64,000 bases of DNA from an uncultured Thermoleophilia bacterium (GTDB taxonomy: Bacteria; Actinomycetota; Thermoleophilia; UBA2241), in NCBI GenBank assembly GCA_963702475.1, contig CAVPCT010000005.1:800001-864000 (forward strand), read 5' to 3'. Position 1 is the stretch's first letter, and each line of letters starts with the position of its first letter. The position numbers and the translations under genes are program-made. Positions 1 to 8,428 of this stretch are shown in pieces. The notes under the pieces were generated by a model. That model saw only the letters and a list, made by a program, of their open reading frames with translations, was not told where the DNA came from and made no database searches.

Positions 1-463
1 CGCAGCGACGCTCGTACTCCGCCACGGTCACCGTGACGCGGTAGGCGTCGTCGCGCTGCAGGACCTCACCCTGCGACAGGCCGACGGCGGCCGCACTGAG
101 GCTGTCGACGGCGGCCGCGTCGCCGGTGCCGGCGAGCTCCTGGAACGCGCGCGCCAGCAGGAAGTTGCCGGCCGAGACGGCCATCTCGACCCCGAACGCG
201 TGCGCGACGGTCGGGCGGCCGCGGCGCAACTCCGCGCGGTCCAGCACGTCGTCGTGCACCAGTGTCGCCATGTGCAGCAACTCGACGGCGGTGGCGCCGC
301 GCAGGGCGGCTCGGCTGAGCGGCCGATCCGCGCGTGCGCAGAGCAGCGCGAGCAAGGGACGCACGCGCTTGCCGCCGGCCGCCAGCGTGGCCCGGCAGGC
401 CTCGCCGAGGGCCCCGGGCGGGCCGGAAGCCACCGCGTCAAGACGGCGCTCCACACGCTCCAT
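1..463 (-). CDS. Polyprenyl diphosphate synthase (heptaprenyl/octaprenyl type), runs off window edge
   Basis: Not in ORF track. Manual translation from ATG at 463: MERVERRL...AAGGKRVRPLL...AVELLHMATLVHDDVLD..RRG..SAGNFLLARA. Contains GGKRxRP and the first DDxxD motif. Start may extend upstream to an in-frame CTG at 526. Confidence 0.9.
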   Translation of the reverse strand, partial: MERVERRLDAVASGPPGALGEACRATLAAGGKRVRPLLALLCARADRPLSRAALRGATAVELLHMATLVHDDVLDRAELRRGRPTVAHAFGVEMAVSAGNFLLARAFQELAGTGDAAAVDSLSAAAVGLSQGEVLQRDDAYRVTVTVAEYERRC

Positions 464-522
464 GGCGCGTCCGTAGCGCACCTTCTGCCGGGCGGAGGCC
501 CAGACCAGCTCCGGCCGGCCGC

Positions 523-1296
523 TCAGTGCCCCCCCTCGCCGTCCCAGGGCACCTCGCCCACGTGCAGGGCGACGGCGCCGAAGCCGAGACGTCTGTACCG
601 CAGACGCACGAGGCCGGCGCGGCTCATGAGCGCGGCCAGCTCGCCCGCTCCAGGAAACGCCGCCACGGACGCCGGCAGGTACGCGTAGGCGCGTGGGTCA
701 CCGGCCACGAGACCGCCGAGCCGAGGGACCACCTGGCCCATCCACACGCGCTGCACCGCCCTTTGCGGCCCGGCCGGCGCACTGGTGGATTCGAGGCACA
801 CCACCCTGCCGCCCGGCCTGGTGACCCGCCGCATCTCGGCGAAGGCGCGCGGCACGTCGGGCACGTTGCGGACCCCCCACCCCACGGTGACGGCGGAGAA
901 CGCACCGTCGGCGAACGGGAGGGCGAGGAGATCACCGCGGACGAACGAGACGCGCGCCGAGAGGCCGGGGTCGCCGCCGACCTTCTCCCGCGCGACCTGC
1001 AACATGTCGCCGGTGAGATCGAGGCCGACCACCGTGCACCGCGGCCAGGCGGCAGCGACGGCGAGCGTGAGGTCGCCGGTACCGCAGCAGGCGTCCAGGG
1101 CACGGCCGCCGTCGCCGACCAGCGCCTGCACGGCGGCGAGCCGTCGCCAGCCGGCGTCCAGGCCCAGCGTCATGAGGCGGTTCATGAGGTCGTAGCGGCG
1201 CGCGATGCCACTGAACATGGACTCGATCCGGGCCGGGTCGCGGTCCATGGGCAGCTCGGGCCCGCGGCGGGCGGGCCCGGCCTGATCGCGAGGCAT
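523..1296 (-). CDS. menG: Demethylmenaquinone methyltransferase (UbiE/MenG family)
   Basis: MFSGIARRYDLMNRLMTLG, LDACCGTGDL SAM motif, GVRNVPD. ATG at 1296 overlaps the UbiX stop (TGATG). Confidence 0.9.
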   Translation of the reverse strand: MPRDQAGPARRGPELPMDRDPARIESMFSGIARRYDLMNRLMTLGLDAGWRRLAAVQALVGDGGRALDACCGTGDLTLAVAAAWPRCTVVGLDLTGDMLQVAREKVGGDPGLSARVSFVRGDLLALPFADGAFSAVTVGWGVRNVPDVPRAFAEMRRVTRPGGRVVCLESTSAPAGPQRAVQRVWMGQVVPRLGGLVAGDPRAYAYLPASVAAFPGAGELAALMSRAGLVRLRYRRLGFGAVALHVGEVPWDGEGGH

Positions 1297-1898
1297 CAGA
1301 CCGCGCCTCCATCCCAGGGCGGGAACAGGGTCTGCTCGAAGCCGAGCGCCGCCATGATCTTGCCGGCCACGTGATCGACGGCGTCCTGCAGGCTCTGGGG
1401 GCGCGAGTAGAACGCCGGCATGGCCGGGAGCACCACGGCCCCGGCCTCGGCCAGTTCGAGTAGCCGCCGGAGGTGGATCCGGGTGAGCGGCGTCTCCCGG
1501 GGGACGATCACGAGCGGCCGCCGCTCCTTGAGAGCGACGTCGGCGGCCCGGTGGATGAGCGTGCGAGTGGTACCGAGCGCGATGTGGGCGGCAGCGGCCA
1601 CCGAGCACGGACACACGACGACGGCATCCGGCGCGCTGCTGCCGCTGGAGGCCGGCGCAGCGAGGTCGTCCGGCGCGTACACGGCCGCCGTCACACCGGC
1701 GAGCTCGAGAAAAGCCCGAACGACGTCGGCCCGGTGACGGGCGTGCAGCTCGAGCTCGTGATCCAGCACCAGCACGCCGCTGTCGGAGATGCACAGCTGC
1801 AGGCTGCAGCCGGCCGCGTCCAGCGCCTGGACAAGGCGCAGGGCATACGGCGCCCCGCTGGCGCCACTCACGCCCACGAACACGCTCCTGGGGGTCAT
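1296..1898 (-). CDS. ubiX: Flavin prenyltransferase UbiX family
   Basis: VGVSGASGAPY, ASSGS, VCPCS, LIHRAADVALKERRPLVIVPRETPL, PAMPAFY. Confidence 0.92.
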   Translation of the reverse strand: MTPRSVFVGVSGASGAPYALRLVQALDAAGCSLQLCISDSGVLVLDHELELHARHRADVVRAFLELAGVTAAVYAPDDLAAPASSGSSAPDAVVVCPCSVAAAAHIALGTTRTLIHRAADVALKERRPLVIVPRETPLTRIHLRRLLELAEAGAVVLPAMPAFYSRPQSLQDAVDHVAGKIMAALGFEQTLFPPWDGGAV

Positions 1899-1944
1899 CC
1901 CTGTCCTCATGCTGGCCGCCGCGACGGCGCCGTTCACCCGCGCG

Positions 1945-3165
1945 TCAGTTGACGCTGCTGCCAGGCTCGTGACACTGGCCGCCCCAGCAACCCTGCGGGC
2001 CGGTGCCGCCGTTGCCGTGGCACTTCATGCACACGCTGCCCTGGTTGTACACGTGGTTCGGGTGGTCGGCGACGAAGGCCGCGGAGTGTGGCAGCGCGAC
2101 GCCGTGACAGCTGGTGCAGAACTGGCTGGAGTGGCACTTGCCGCAGAGCGACGGGTTCGAGAGAGCCACACTGGAGTGCTGACCCATCCAGCTGCTCGGG
2201 TGCGGCATCTGCAGGCCGTGGCAGGTGATGCACGGGTCTTTGCCGTGGCACTTGACACACACCTGGGGATCCTTCTGACCCACGGTGTCGTGCCGCGCCG
2301 TCCAGTCGTCCGGGTGCGGGATCACGACGCCGTGGCAGTCGATGCAGAACCTGGGGTCGTTCTTGAGGTGACACTCTACGCAGATCTCCTTGCCGCGCTC
2401 GTTCACGATGGGACCGTGCTGCTTGATCCACCGCGCCGGGTGCGGCATGGCGAGGCCGTTGTGGCACTCCTCGCACACGACCTCCCCCTTGTGACAGCCG
2501 GCGCAATCCGCGACCGTCATGGGGGCGGTCATGGCCACGTTGATGTCGGCCGGCGGGCGGCCGCCGACGTGGCAGGTGTTGCAGTCGTCCGGCAGCTGCT
2601 TGCCGTCGTGGCAGCGCGCGCAGATGGGCATCTTGTTCTGCGATGCACGCGCGATCTCCAGCTGCGTGCCGGGGTGGCTGATGCTGGCGTGGCAGGTGAT
2701 GCACTGGTAGCCGGCCTCGCGCAGGCCCGTGTGATTGACGCGGATGCCGTCGATCACCTGGTCGCGCTCGATCTGCGACTTGGGGTGACACTGCACGCAG
2801 TTGTTGGTGCCGACCGCGGTGGTCAGCGGACGCTCATACGTGTCGGACACGTACAGGATGAGGTTCGTGACGCCCTGCAGGTTACGGATCGCGTAGTTGA
2901 ACACGCCGGGCTTGGTGTGGCACTGCTGGCAGCCCACTCCGGCCTGGTAGTGGGCGGAGCGCTTGTACGAGTCCACCTCCGGCTGCACGAGATGACAGAG
3001 CTCGCACGTCCTGATGTTGTTGACGGCAGAGAACCCGATGACGGCCACGACGACGATCAGGGCGACGGCAGCGAGCACCCCGAAGATCCAGGCCGCCGGC
3101 ACTGTACCCTCGAGCAGGACCCGTTTGCCGGAGTCGCCGTTCTTGCCTTTGCGGGACACGGTCAC
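1945..3165 (-). CDS. Membrane-anchored multiheme cytochrome c with NapC/NrfH-like N-terminus, 15 CxxCH + 1 CX4CH
   Basis: Single N-terminal TM helix; 15 CxxCH counted plus terminal CWGGQCH; repeated PH-x3-W/F-x3-H di-heme modules. Confidence 0.92.
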   Translation of the reverse strand: MTVSRKGKNGDSGKRVLLEGTVPAAWIFGVLAAVALIVVVAVIGFSAVNNIRTCELCHLVQPEVDSYKRSAHYQAGVGCQQCHTKPGVFNYAIRNLQGVTNLILYVSDTYERPLTTAVGTNNCVQCHPKSQIERDQVIDGIRVNHTGLREAGYQCITCHASISHPGTQLEIARASQNKMPICARCHDGKQLPDDCNTCHVGGRPPADINVAMTAPMTVADCAGCHKGEVVCEECHNGLAMPHPARWIKQHGPIVNERGKEICVECHLKNDPRFCIDCHGVVIPHPDDWTARHDTVGQKDPQVCVKCHGKDPCITCHGLQMPHPSSWMGQHSSVALSNPSLCGKCHSSQFCTSCHGVALPHSAAFVADHPNHVYNQGSVCMKCHGNGGTGPQGCWGGQCHEPGSSVN

Positions 3166-4208
3166 TCGCTCACCGGTTGGGTGGTGGCCCCGGCCGCCGG
3201 CGAGACGCGCGGCTCCGGCGTGTAGTCGACACCGTCGAACAGACTGTGGGCGCGCGGGTCACCCGAGGCGTGCTGCACGTGGCAGGCCTGGCAGTTGTCC
3301 AGGACATGGCAGTTGAAGCAGGTCGGGACCCCGGCTTTCTCCACGGACTGGGGGTGCGCGGCGACGTAGTCCTCGGGGTGGGGCATCTTCACCTGGTGGC
3401 AGGTGCGACAGTACTCCTTGACGTCGTGACACTGCACGCACGTCTCGCGTCCCTGCGCCTCGGCGGTCTTGCCGTGGGTGGTCATCCAGACGGCGGCGTG
3501 CGGCATCTCGATGCCCGAGTGGCAACTGCTGCAGGCGTCCTTCTGCAGGTGACAGGCGCTGCACGTGGAGAGGATGCCGATGGCCCCGTGACGCGTGTCC
3601 CAGCCGGCCTGGTCGTGGGTGGCCGGAACGGCGCTGCTCACCGGCTTCTCGTGGCACTGGTCGCAGCGGGACGTCGCGACCGTACCGTCGTCCGCCCGGT
3701 AGCGGTTGTTGTGGCAGATGAGGCACTGGTCCATCGCGGGGTAGGTGCGCGACCCTTCGGGTACCGCTTCGCCGTGCGCGACTGTGGAGTGGCAGCGTTG
3801 ACAGAGGAATCCCGCCTCGATGAGGTGCTGGTGGTCCACGCGGATGCCCTGGGCGCTGATGGTCGTGAACAGGCTGTCGTTGGTGTGGCAGCGGCGGCAC
3901 GACTGGTTGAGCACGAAGCCAAGGATGGGCTTCTCGTAGTCACCCGTGATCTGAGCGATGGGCTGTTGCAGGGCCTCAAGCTTGGAGGTGAGGAAGAACA
4001 GCGGGCCCGGCTTGGTGTGGCACTGCTCGCAGTTGACGCTCCCGTGAGCTGACTGCTCCCACCAGGCGACGTACGGCTCGTGGCTCTTGCACGCGGAACA
4101 GAACGTGGCCGTGGATGTGGCCGCAAGCAGCACGCCGATGAGCACGACCAGGACGGTGAGGCCGATGGCTGCGATGGTGATGCCGCGTGCGGTGAGACGG
4201 AACTTCAC
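3162..4208 (-). CDS. Membrane-anchored multiheme cytochrome c with NapC/NrfH-like N-terminus, 11 CxxCH + 1 CxxCK
   Basis: N-terminal TM helix, then FCSACKSH...SAHGSVNCEQCH; 11 CxxCH; same architecture as 1945..3165. Confidence 0.92.
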   Translation of the reverse strand: MKFRLTARGITIAAIGLTVLVVLIGVLLAATSTATFCSACKSHEPYVAWWEQSAHGSVNCEQCHTKPGPLFFLTSKLEALQQPIAQITGDYEKPILGFVLNQSCRRCHTNDSLFTTISAQGIRVDHQHLIEAGFLCQRCHSTVAHGEAVPEGSRTYPAMDQCLICHNNRYRADDGTVATSRCDQCHEKPVSSAVPATHDQAGWDTRHGAIGILSTCSACHLQKDACSSCHSGIEMPHAAVWMTTHGKTAEAQGRETCVQCHDVKEYCRTCHQVKMPHPEDYVAAHPQSVEKAGVPTCFNCHVLDNCQACHVQHASGDPRAHSLFDGVDYTPEPRVSPAAGATTQPVSE

Positions 4209-4211
4209 GTG

Positions 4212-5162
4212 CTATCGGCGGACCGAGCCGGCGTGAGGGAAGCGGGCATGGACGGCGTCGCTGTGACACAGACTGCACGCGTATCCATTGGTGTGCCTGG
4301 CAGCCGAGCCGTGGCACCTGAGGCAGGTGGAGTTGCCCGGGATGGGCATCCGGGAAGCGTGGAACCTCTTGCCGTGACACGAGTTGCAGGTGAGTCTGGA
4401 GCCCGCGGGCGCCGCGTGGAGGGCCTTGTTGTGACAGCCGGACAGGTTGCAGCTGAGCTTCTTCGTGACCTTCGTGGAGTGCTGCGCGAGCTTCTGCGCA
4501 CCGGTGCCGGTGCCCTTGTGACAGGTGGCGCACTTGCCGCCGGAGACCGTGCGACCGGCGTGCCTCATGGAGTGGCAGCCGGCGCACTTCTTGAAGCCGG
4601 GGCTCGTGGCCTGGTAGGTGTGGTAGGCGTTCGCCGCGGTATGGCACGCCTCGCAGTCGACCGTGCCGGCGTGCTGTTTCTGCTTGTGACAACGCGAGCA
4701 CGGCGACATGCCGGGCGAACCGCCGTTGTGGTGCGGGCTGACGCCCGGCTGGGCGACGCCGTCACTCGGCGCGTGACAGCCGAGGCACTGCGGAAGCGAG
4801 CCGCGGTGGGGATCCGTGCCGTGGGCGAACTCCTTGCCGTACACCACGCCCTGGCTCTGCAGGTGGCACGTGCCGGCGCAGTCGGCGCTGGTGGCCGACA
4901 TGGACGACGTGTCCTGGCCGGGTGCGTGACACGACCAGCACGTGTACCCCTTGAGGCTCTCGAACCCGGTGTGGCAGGACGTGCAGGAGGCGTCTGTGGG
5001 CTTGCCCTGAAGGTGGCAGACGCAGCCGGTGGCGCCGTCGTGCTTCCAAGGGTCGTAGGCGGCGGCCGGCGCGGTGAAGAGGGCTGCGCCGGCGGAGACG
5101 CCGACGAGTGCGAGAGCAGCCGCGGCGACCGCGACCGCCACCCACCGGCGGATACCTCTCAC
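4212..5162 (-). CDS. Secreted multiheme cytochrome c, 10 CxxCH + CxCH + CX3CH + CX4CH
   Basis: GTG at 5162 after a GGGAG RBS; Sec-like signal (RR, hydrophobic stretch, APAAA); no further TM segment; motifs counted by eye. Confidence 0.88.
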   Translation of the reverse strand: MRGIRRWVAVAVAAAALALVGVSAGAALFTAPAAAYDPWKHDGATGCVCHLQGKPTDASCTSCHTGFESLKGYTCWSCHAPGQDTSSMSATSADCAGTCHLQSQGVVYGKEFAHGTDPHRGSLPQCLGCHAPSDGVAQPGVSPHHNGGSPGMSPCSRCHKQKQHAGTVDCEACHTAANAYHTYQATSPGFKKCAGCHSMRHAGRTVSGGKCATCHKGTGTGAQKLAQHSTKVTKKLSCNLSGCHNKALHAAPAGSRLTCNSCHGKRFHASRMPIPGNSTCLRCHGSAARHTNGYACSLCHSDAVHARFPHAGSVRR

Positions 5163-5320
5163 GCTGACTCCCTTCCCCTCACCGACGGCGCTCTCCACAG
5201 CGCCTCGCCGGCCTCACGGCTTCCTCCACACAGAGTCGCGGCTCCGCGACCGTACTCGTACCCCTCGAGCGCGCCGACGCCCCTCCGATGCGGCCACGCT
5301 CCGCGCCAGTGTACCAGTCC

Positions 5321-5338
5321 TCGTGAAGCCGTTCACCG
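5321..5338. promoter_or_regulatory. Putative Rex operator
   Basis: TCGTGAA-GCCG-TTCACCG matches the GTGAA-N4-TTCAC core of the Rex box (TTGTGAA-N4-TTCACAA). It lies upstream of the three-cytochrome cassette, and rex is in the same cluster. Confidence 0.6.
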
Positions 5339-5389
5339 TCGAAAAGCGGTCCGCGACGGCTGAACGCCCCGAGCGTGACACCGGCTGCG

Positions 5390-5398
5390 ATTGTACCA
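5390..5398 (-). promoter_or_regulatory. Putative extended -10 element (TGGTACAAT) for cytochrome cassette 5162->1945
   Basis: TGnTACAAT on the minus strand in the intergenic gap; identical 9-mer at 9457..9465. Confidence 0.45.
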
Positions 5399-5441
5399 CA
5401 CGGGGTATCTCGCGACCGCATGTACCAGGCACTCGCCACGC

Positions 5442-6311
5442 TCAGAGCACCAGCGTTGCGGCGATGACGATGGCGCCGTAGAGAAGCCCGACCGCGCCGT
5501 TCACCGTCATGAAGCTCATGCCCACCCGGTCGAGCCCGCGGCGGGCGATGTCGACGTGCGGCCAGGCGAGCAGCGCGAGCACCGCGGTCAGCCCCGCCCA
5601 GTAGACCGGCCCCAGGCCACAGAGGGCGCCCACCGCGGCCAGCAGCACGCCGGCGCCCACGTGAGAGGCCGCCGCGACCCACAGCGCGCCGCGCGGACCC
5701 ACGGCCACCGGCACGGAGTGCAGGCCCTCGCGGCGATCGACGTCGAGGTCGAAGACCGCGTAGATCACGTCGAAGCCGCCCACCCACAGGCCGACGGCGA
5801 AGAACAGCAGCCAGGGGACCGCCCCGAGACGCCCGCTGACGCCCAGCCACGCGGCCGCCGGCGCGAGACCCAGCGTGAGGCCGAGCGCGTAGTGGCAGAA
5901 CCACGTGAAGCGCTTGGCGTAGGGATAGAAGACGAAGGCGGCCAGCGGCACGGGCCAGAGGTACCTGCACGGCTCCGAGAGCTGGAACGCGGCGAGCACG
6001 AGCAGGCTCACCGAGACGGCTGTGAAGACCCAGACCTCGCGCCGCCCCAGACGACCCGCCGGCAGCTCGCGCTGCGACGTACGCGGGTTGCGCGCGTCGA
6101 GCTCGGCGTCGATGAGCCGGTTCAGTGCCATGGCCGCGCTGCGCGCCCCCACCATGGCCACCGTGATCCACAGAAGCTGACTCCAGGTGGGGGCCCCCCT
6201 CGCGGCCAAGAAGGCGCCCGCGTACGCGAAGGGAAGTGCGTAGATGCTGTGCTCGATCTTGACCAGCCGGGCGAACAGCGCCGGCTTGGCGGCGGCGCCT
6301 GACCGGGTCAA
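5442..6311 (-). CDS. UbiA-family prenyltransferase, MqnP-like (futalosine pathway)
   Basis: VKIEHSIYALPFAY, ARSAAMALNRLIDAELDARNPRT, YPYAKRFT, WVGGFDVIYA; multiple TM helices. Confidence 0.9.
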   Translation of the reverse strand: MTRSGAAAKPALFARLVKIEHSIYALPFAYAGAFLAARGAPTWSQLLWITVAMVGARSAAMALNRLIDAELDARNPRTSQRELPAGRLGRREVWVFTAVSVSLLVLAAFQLSEPCRYLWPVPLAAFVFYPYAKRFTWFCHYALGLTLGLAPAAAWLGVSGRLGAVPWLLFFAVGLWVGGFDVIYAVFDLDVDRREGLHSVPVAVGPRGALWVAAASHVGAGVLLAAVGALCGLGPVYWAGLTAVLALLAWPHVDIARRGLDRVGMSFMTVNGAVGLLYGAIVIAATLVL

Positions 6312-6327
6312 GCCCAGAGGCCCCGCG

Positions 6328-6663
6328 TCAGCCCAGTCGTTCCGCCGCCGCGCCGCCCTGCCCGGCCTGGTGCCCGGACTCGGCTCCCTCGGGCGCGATC
6401 GGAACGTGCGCGAACTTCTCGAGCAGGAAACAGGCGATGGCCACGATGACCGCGAACAGGCCGATCACGAACAGCACCGTGTAGACGATGATGCTGGCGG
6501 GCGAGGTGATGCCCAGGGTCGCGCTGATCGTCCACGCGGCCACCGCGATACCCCAGTTCACGAGCGACAGGCGCAGCAGGAAACGCCGCGCCTTCTTGTC
6601 GCGTCCCGAGGCCTCCTGATGGGCCCGGTGGGAGCCGAGCGGAGCTGTCGACATCTCAGCCAA
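6328..6663 (-). CDS. Small two-TM membrane protein
   Basis: Two hydrophobic helices; overlaps the stop of the upstream cytochrome b/c gene. Start could be ATG at 6654. Confidence 0.7.
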   Translation of the reverse strand: MAEMSTAPLGSHRAHQEASGRDKKARRFLLRLSLVNWGIAVAAWTISATLGITSPASIIVYTVLFVIGLFAVIVAIACFLLEKFAHVPIAPEGAESGHQAGQGGAAAERLG

Positions 6664-8428
6664 AGACCATGATGAACAGTGCCCAGAGGATGAACGCCGT
6701 CATGAGCAGTGCCATGAATCCCATGACCAACGTTATCACCCACCAGAGGGCGTCCGAAAGTAGCGTGCGCCACGTGATGGTGCGCTCCACGAGGACCTGG
6801 TCGAGCGTGCCCTCGCGCACGTGCCGCGCATACTCCAGCGGGCGGTCCTCGCGGTAGTGCTCGACCGGCAGCGTACCGGTGAAGATCACCTTGTCGATGG
6901 GGAACGACTCGGGCCGCAGGTGGGCGCTGAAAAAGTGCACGAAGATGAAGATGACGCCCATGGCCAGCAGCGCCTCGCTGGAGTGGATGACGAGGGCGAT
7001 GTTGACGAACACGCCGGGCACGAGCTGGGTCGTCCTCTCCGGGAACCACATCATGAAGCCGGTGACGCCGATGATGACGGTGCCGGCGCCCAGAGAGAGA
7101 TAGTCGAACTTCTCCCAGTACGTGTAGCGGTCGAACTGCGGCTTGGGTCCGCGGCCGAAGAACCAGGAGAACATGCCGATCATGTCCTGCAGGTCTTTGA
7201 AGCTCGGCAGCATGGAGTTGGGGCCGCGCAGGTTCTTGCCCCGCTTTCGCGCGACCTGCACGACCATGTAGGTCACCTCGGACACGAAGTAGAAGACGGT
7301 GACGACGGCCGCGATGCGGTGATACACGCCGGCGGAGGTGACCCCGCCGAAGAGGTCCATGAACCACTGCGCCCACGGCGTGTCCTTGTACTTGAGCGGC
7401 ATGCCCGTGAAGACGAGCACGGTGAAGCTGACGATGACGAGGATGTGCATCCAGCGGTGGAACACGTTGAAGCGGTGGAACTCGATGCGCTTGTCGCCGA
7501 GCTTGTCGCGGTGCCGCGGCCGCGAGTACAGGCCGTCCCTGAAGCCCCGATAGACGTAGAGACCCGTGTGCACGGCAGCGAACGTGAACACGATGGAGAT
7601 GAGGAGCACGTAGGCCATCCAGAAGATCCAGATCTCCCACGACGAGCTGGGGCTCGCCGGGTTGACGTGCACCTTGAACCCGGCGAAGTTCTCGTTGGCG
7701 CCCGGGTGGCACGCCTGACACGTGGCGACCAGGTTCTCCTCCGACACGGAGCTGGTCGGATCCGACGCCGGGAGGATGTGGTGGCCGGTGTGGCAGTCGC
7801 TGCACACGGCCGTTTCGCCGTCGCCTAGCAGGTAGGCCTTGCCGTGGTAGCTGTCGAGGAAGGTCTCGCTCTTGTCACCGTGGCACTTGGTGCACATGGC
7901 GAGCTCGCCCTCTCGGAACTCCCTGGTGCCCGGCGGGACGATGTTGTGCGCGTCGTGGCAGTCGCCGCACAGCGGAGCCCTGCCGTCGCTCCCCGCGAGC
8001 GTGAGCTTGCCGTGGAACGAGCCGTCGTACATCTGGGCGACGTCGCCGTGGCAATCCTCGCACGCCTCGAACTTGGCGACCCGGAGCCAGTCCTCGGTGA
8101 CGCTCTCAGGGTGCATGCCGGCGTTGAAGCCGACGTGACAGCTCGTGCACGCCAGCTGACCGTGGAGCGAGCTCTCCAGCACGGGGCGCTGCACGTAGAT
8201 GCTCTTCTTCTCGCCGTTGACGTCGATGTACGCCGGCACCTTCTGGCCGTCGACCTCGATGAAGCCGTCGACGGGCCGCTGCCCGTGGCACTCGTAGCAG
8301 GCGTCGTTGTCGGCCGGTCCGCCGGCGGAGCCGCTCGACTGCGCGGCGGACCCGGCGGCGGCGACCGCGAGCAGCGCGAGCACGAAGAGGCAGACGAGGA
8401 CGCTGAAGGCTGGCCGGCGCGGTGTCAT
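6656..8428 (-). CDS. Multiheme cytochrome c (7 CxxCH) fused to a b-type cytochrome membrane domain, CbcL-like
   Basis: Signal peptide; 7 CxxCH; then about 6 TM helices with FHRWMH, YHR, YWEKFDY, IHSSEA and VHFF typical of FdnI/HydC-type cytochrome b. ATGA overlap with the upstream gene. Confidence 0.88.
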   Translation of the reverse strand: MTPRRPAFSVLVCLFVLALLAVAAAGSAAQSSGSAGGPADNDACYECHGQRPVDGFIEVDGQKVPAYIDVNGEKKSIYVQRPVLESSLHGQLACTSCHVGFNAGMHPESVTEDWLRVAKFEACEDCHGDVAQMYDGSFHGKLTLAGSDGRAPLCGDCHDAHNIVPPGTREFREGELAMCTKCHGDKSETFLDSYHGKAYLLGDGETAVCSDCHTGHHILPASDPTSSVSEENLVATCQACHPGANENFAGFKVHVNPASPSSSWEIWIFWMAYVLLISIVFTFAAVHTGLYVYRGFRDGLYSRPRHRDKLGDKRIEFHRFNVFHRWMHILVIVSFTVLVFTGMPLKYKDTPWAQWFMDLFGGVTSAGVYHRIAAVVTVFYFVSEVTYMVVQVARKRGKNLRGPNSMLPSFKDLQDMIGMFSWFFGRGPKPQFDRYTYWEKFDYLSLGAGTVIIGVTGFMMWFPERTTQLVPGVFVNIALVIHSSEALLAMGVIFIFVHFFSAHLRPESFPIDKVIFTGTLPVEHYREDRPLEYARHVREGTLDQVLVERTITWRTLLSDALWWVITLVMGFMALLMTAFILWALFIMVFG

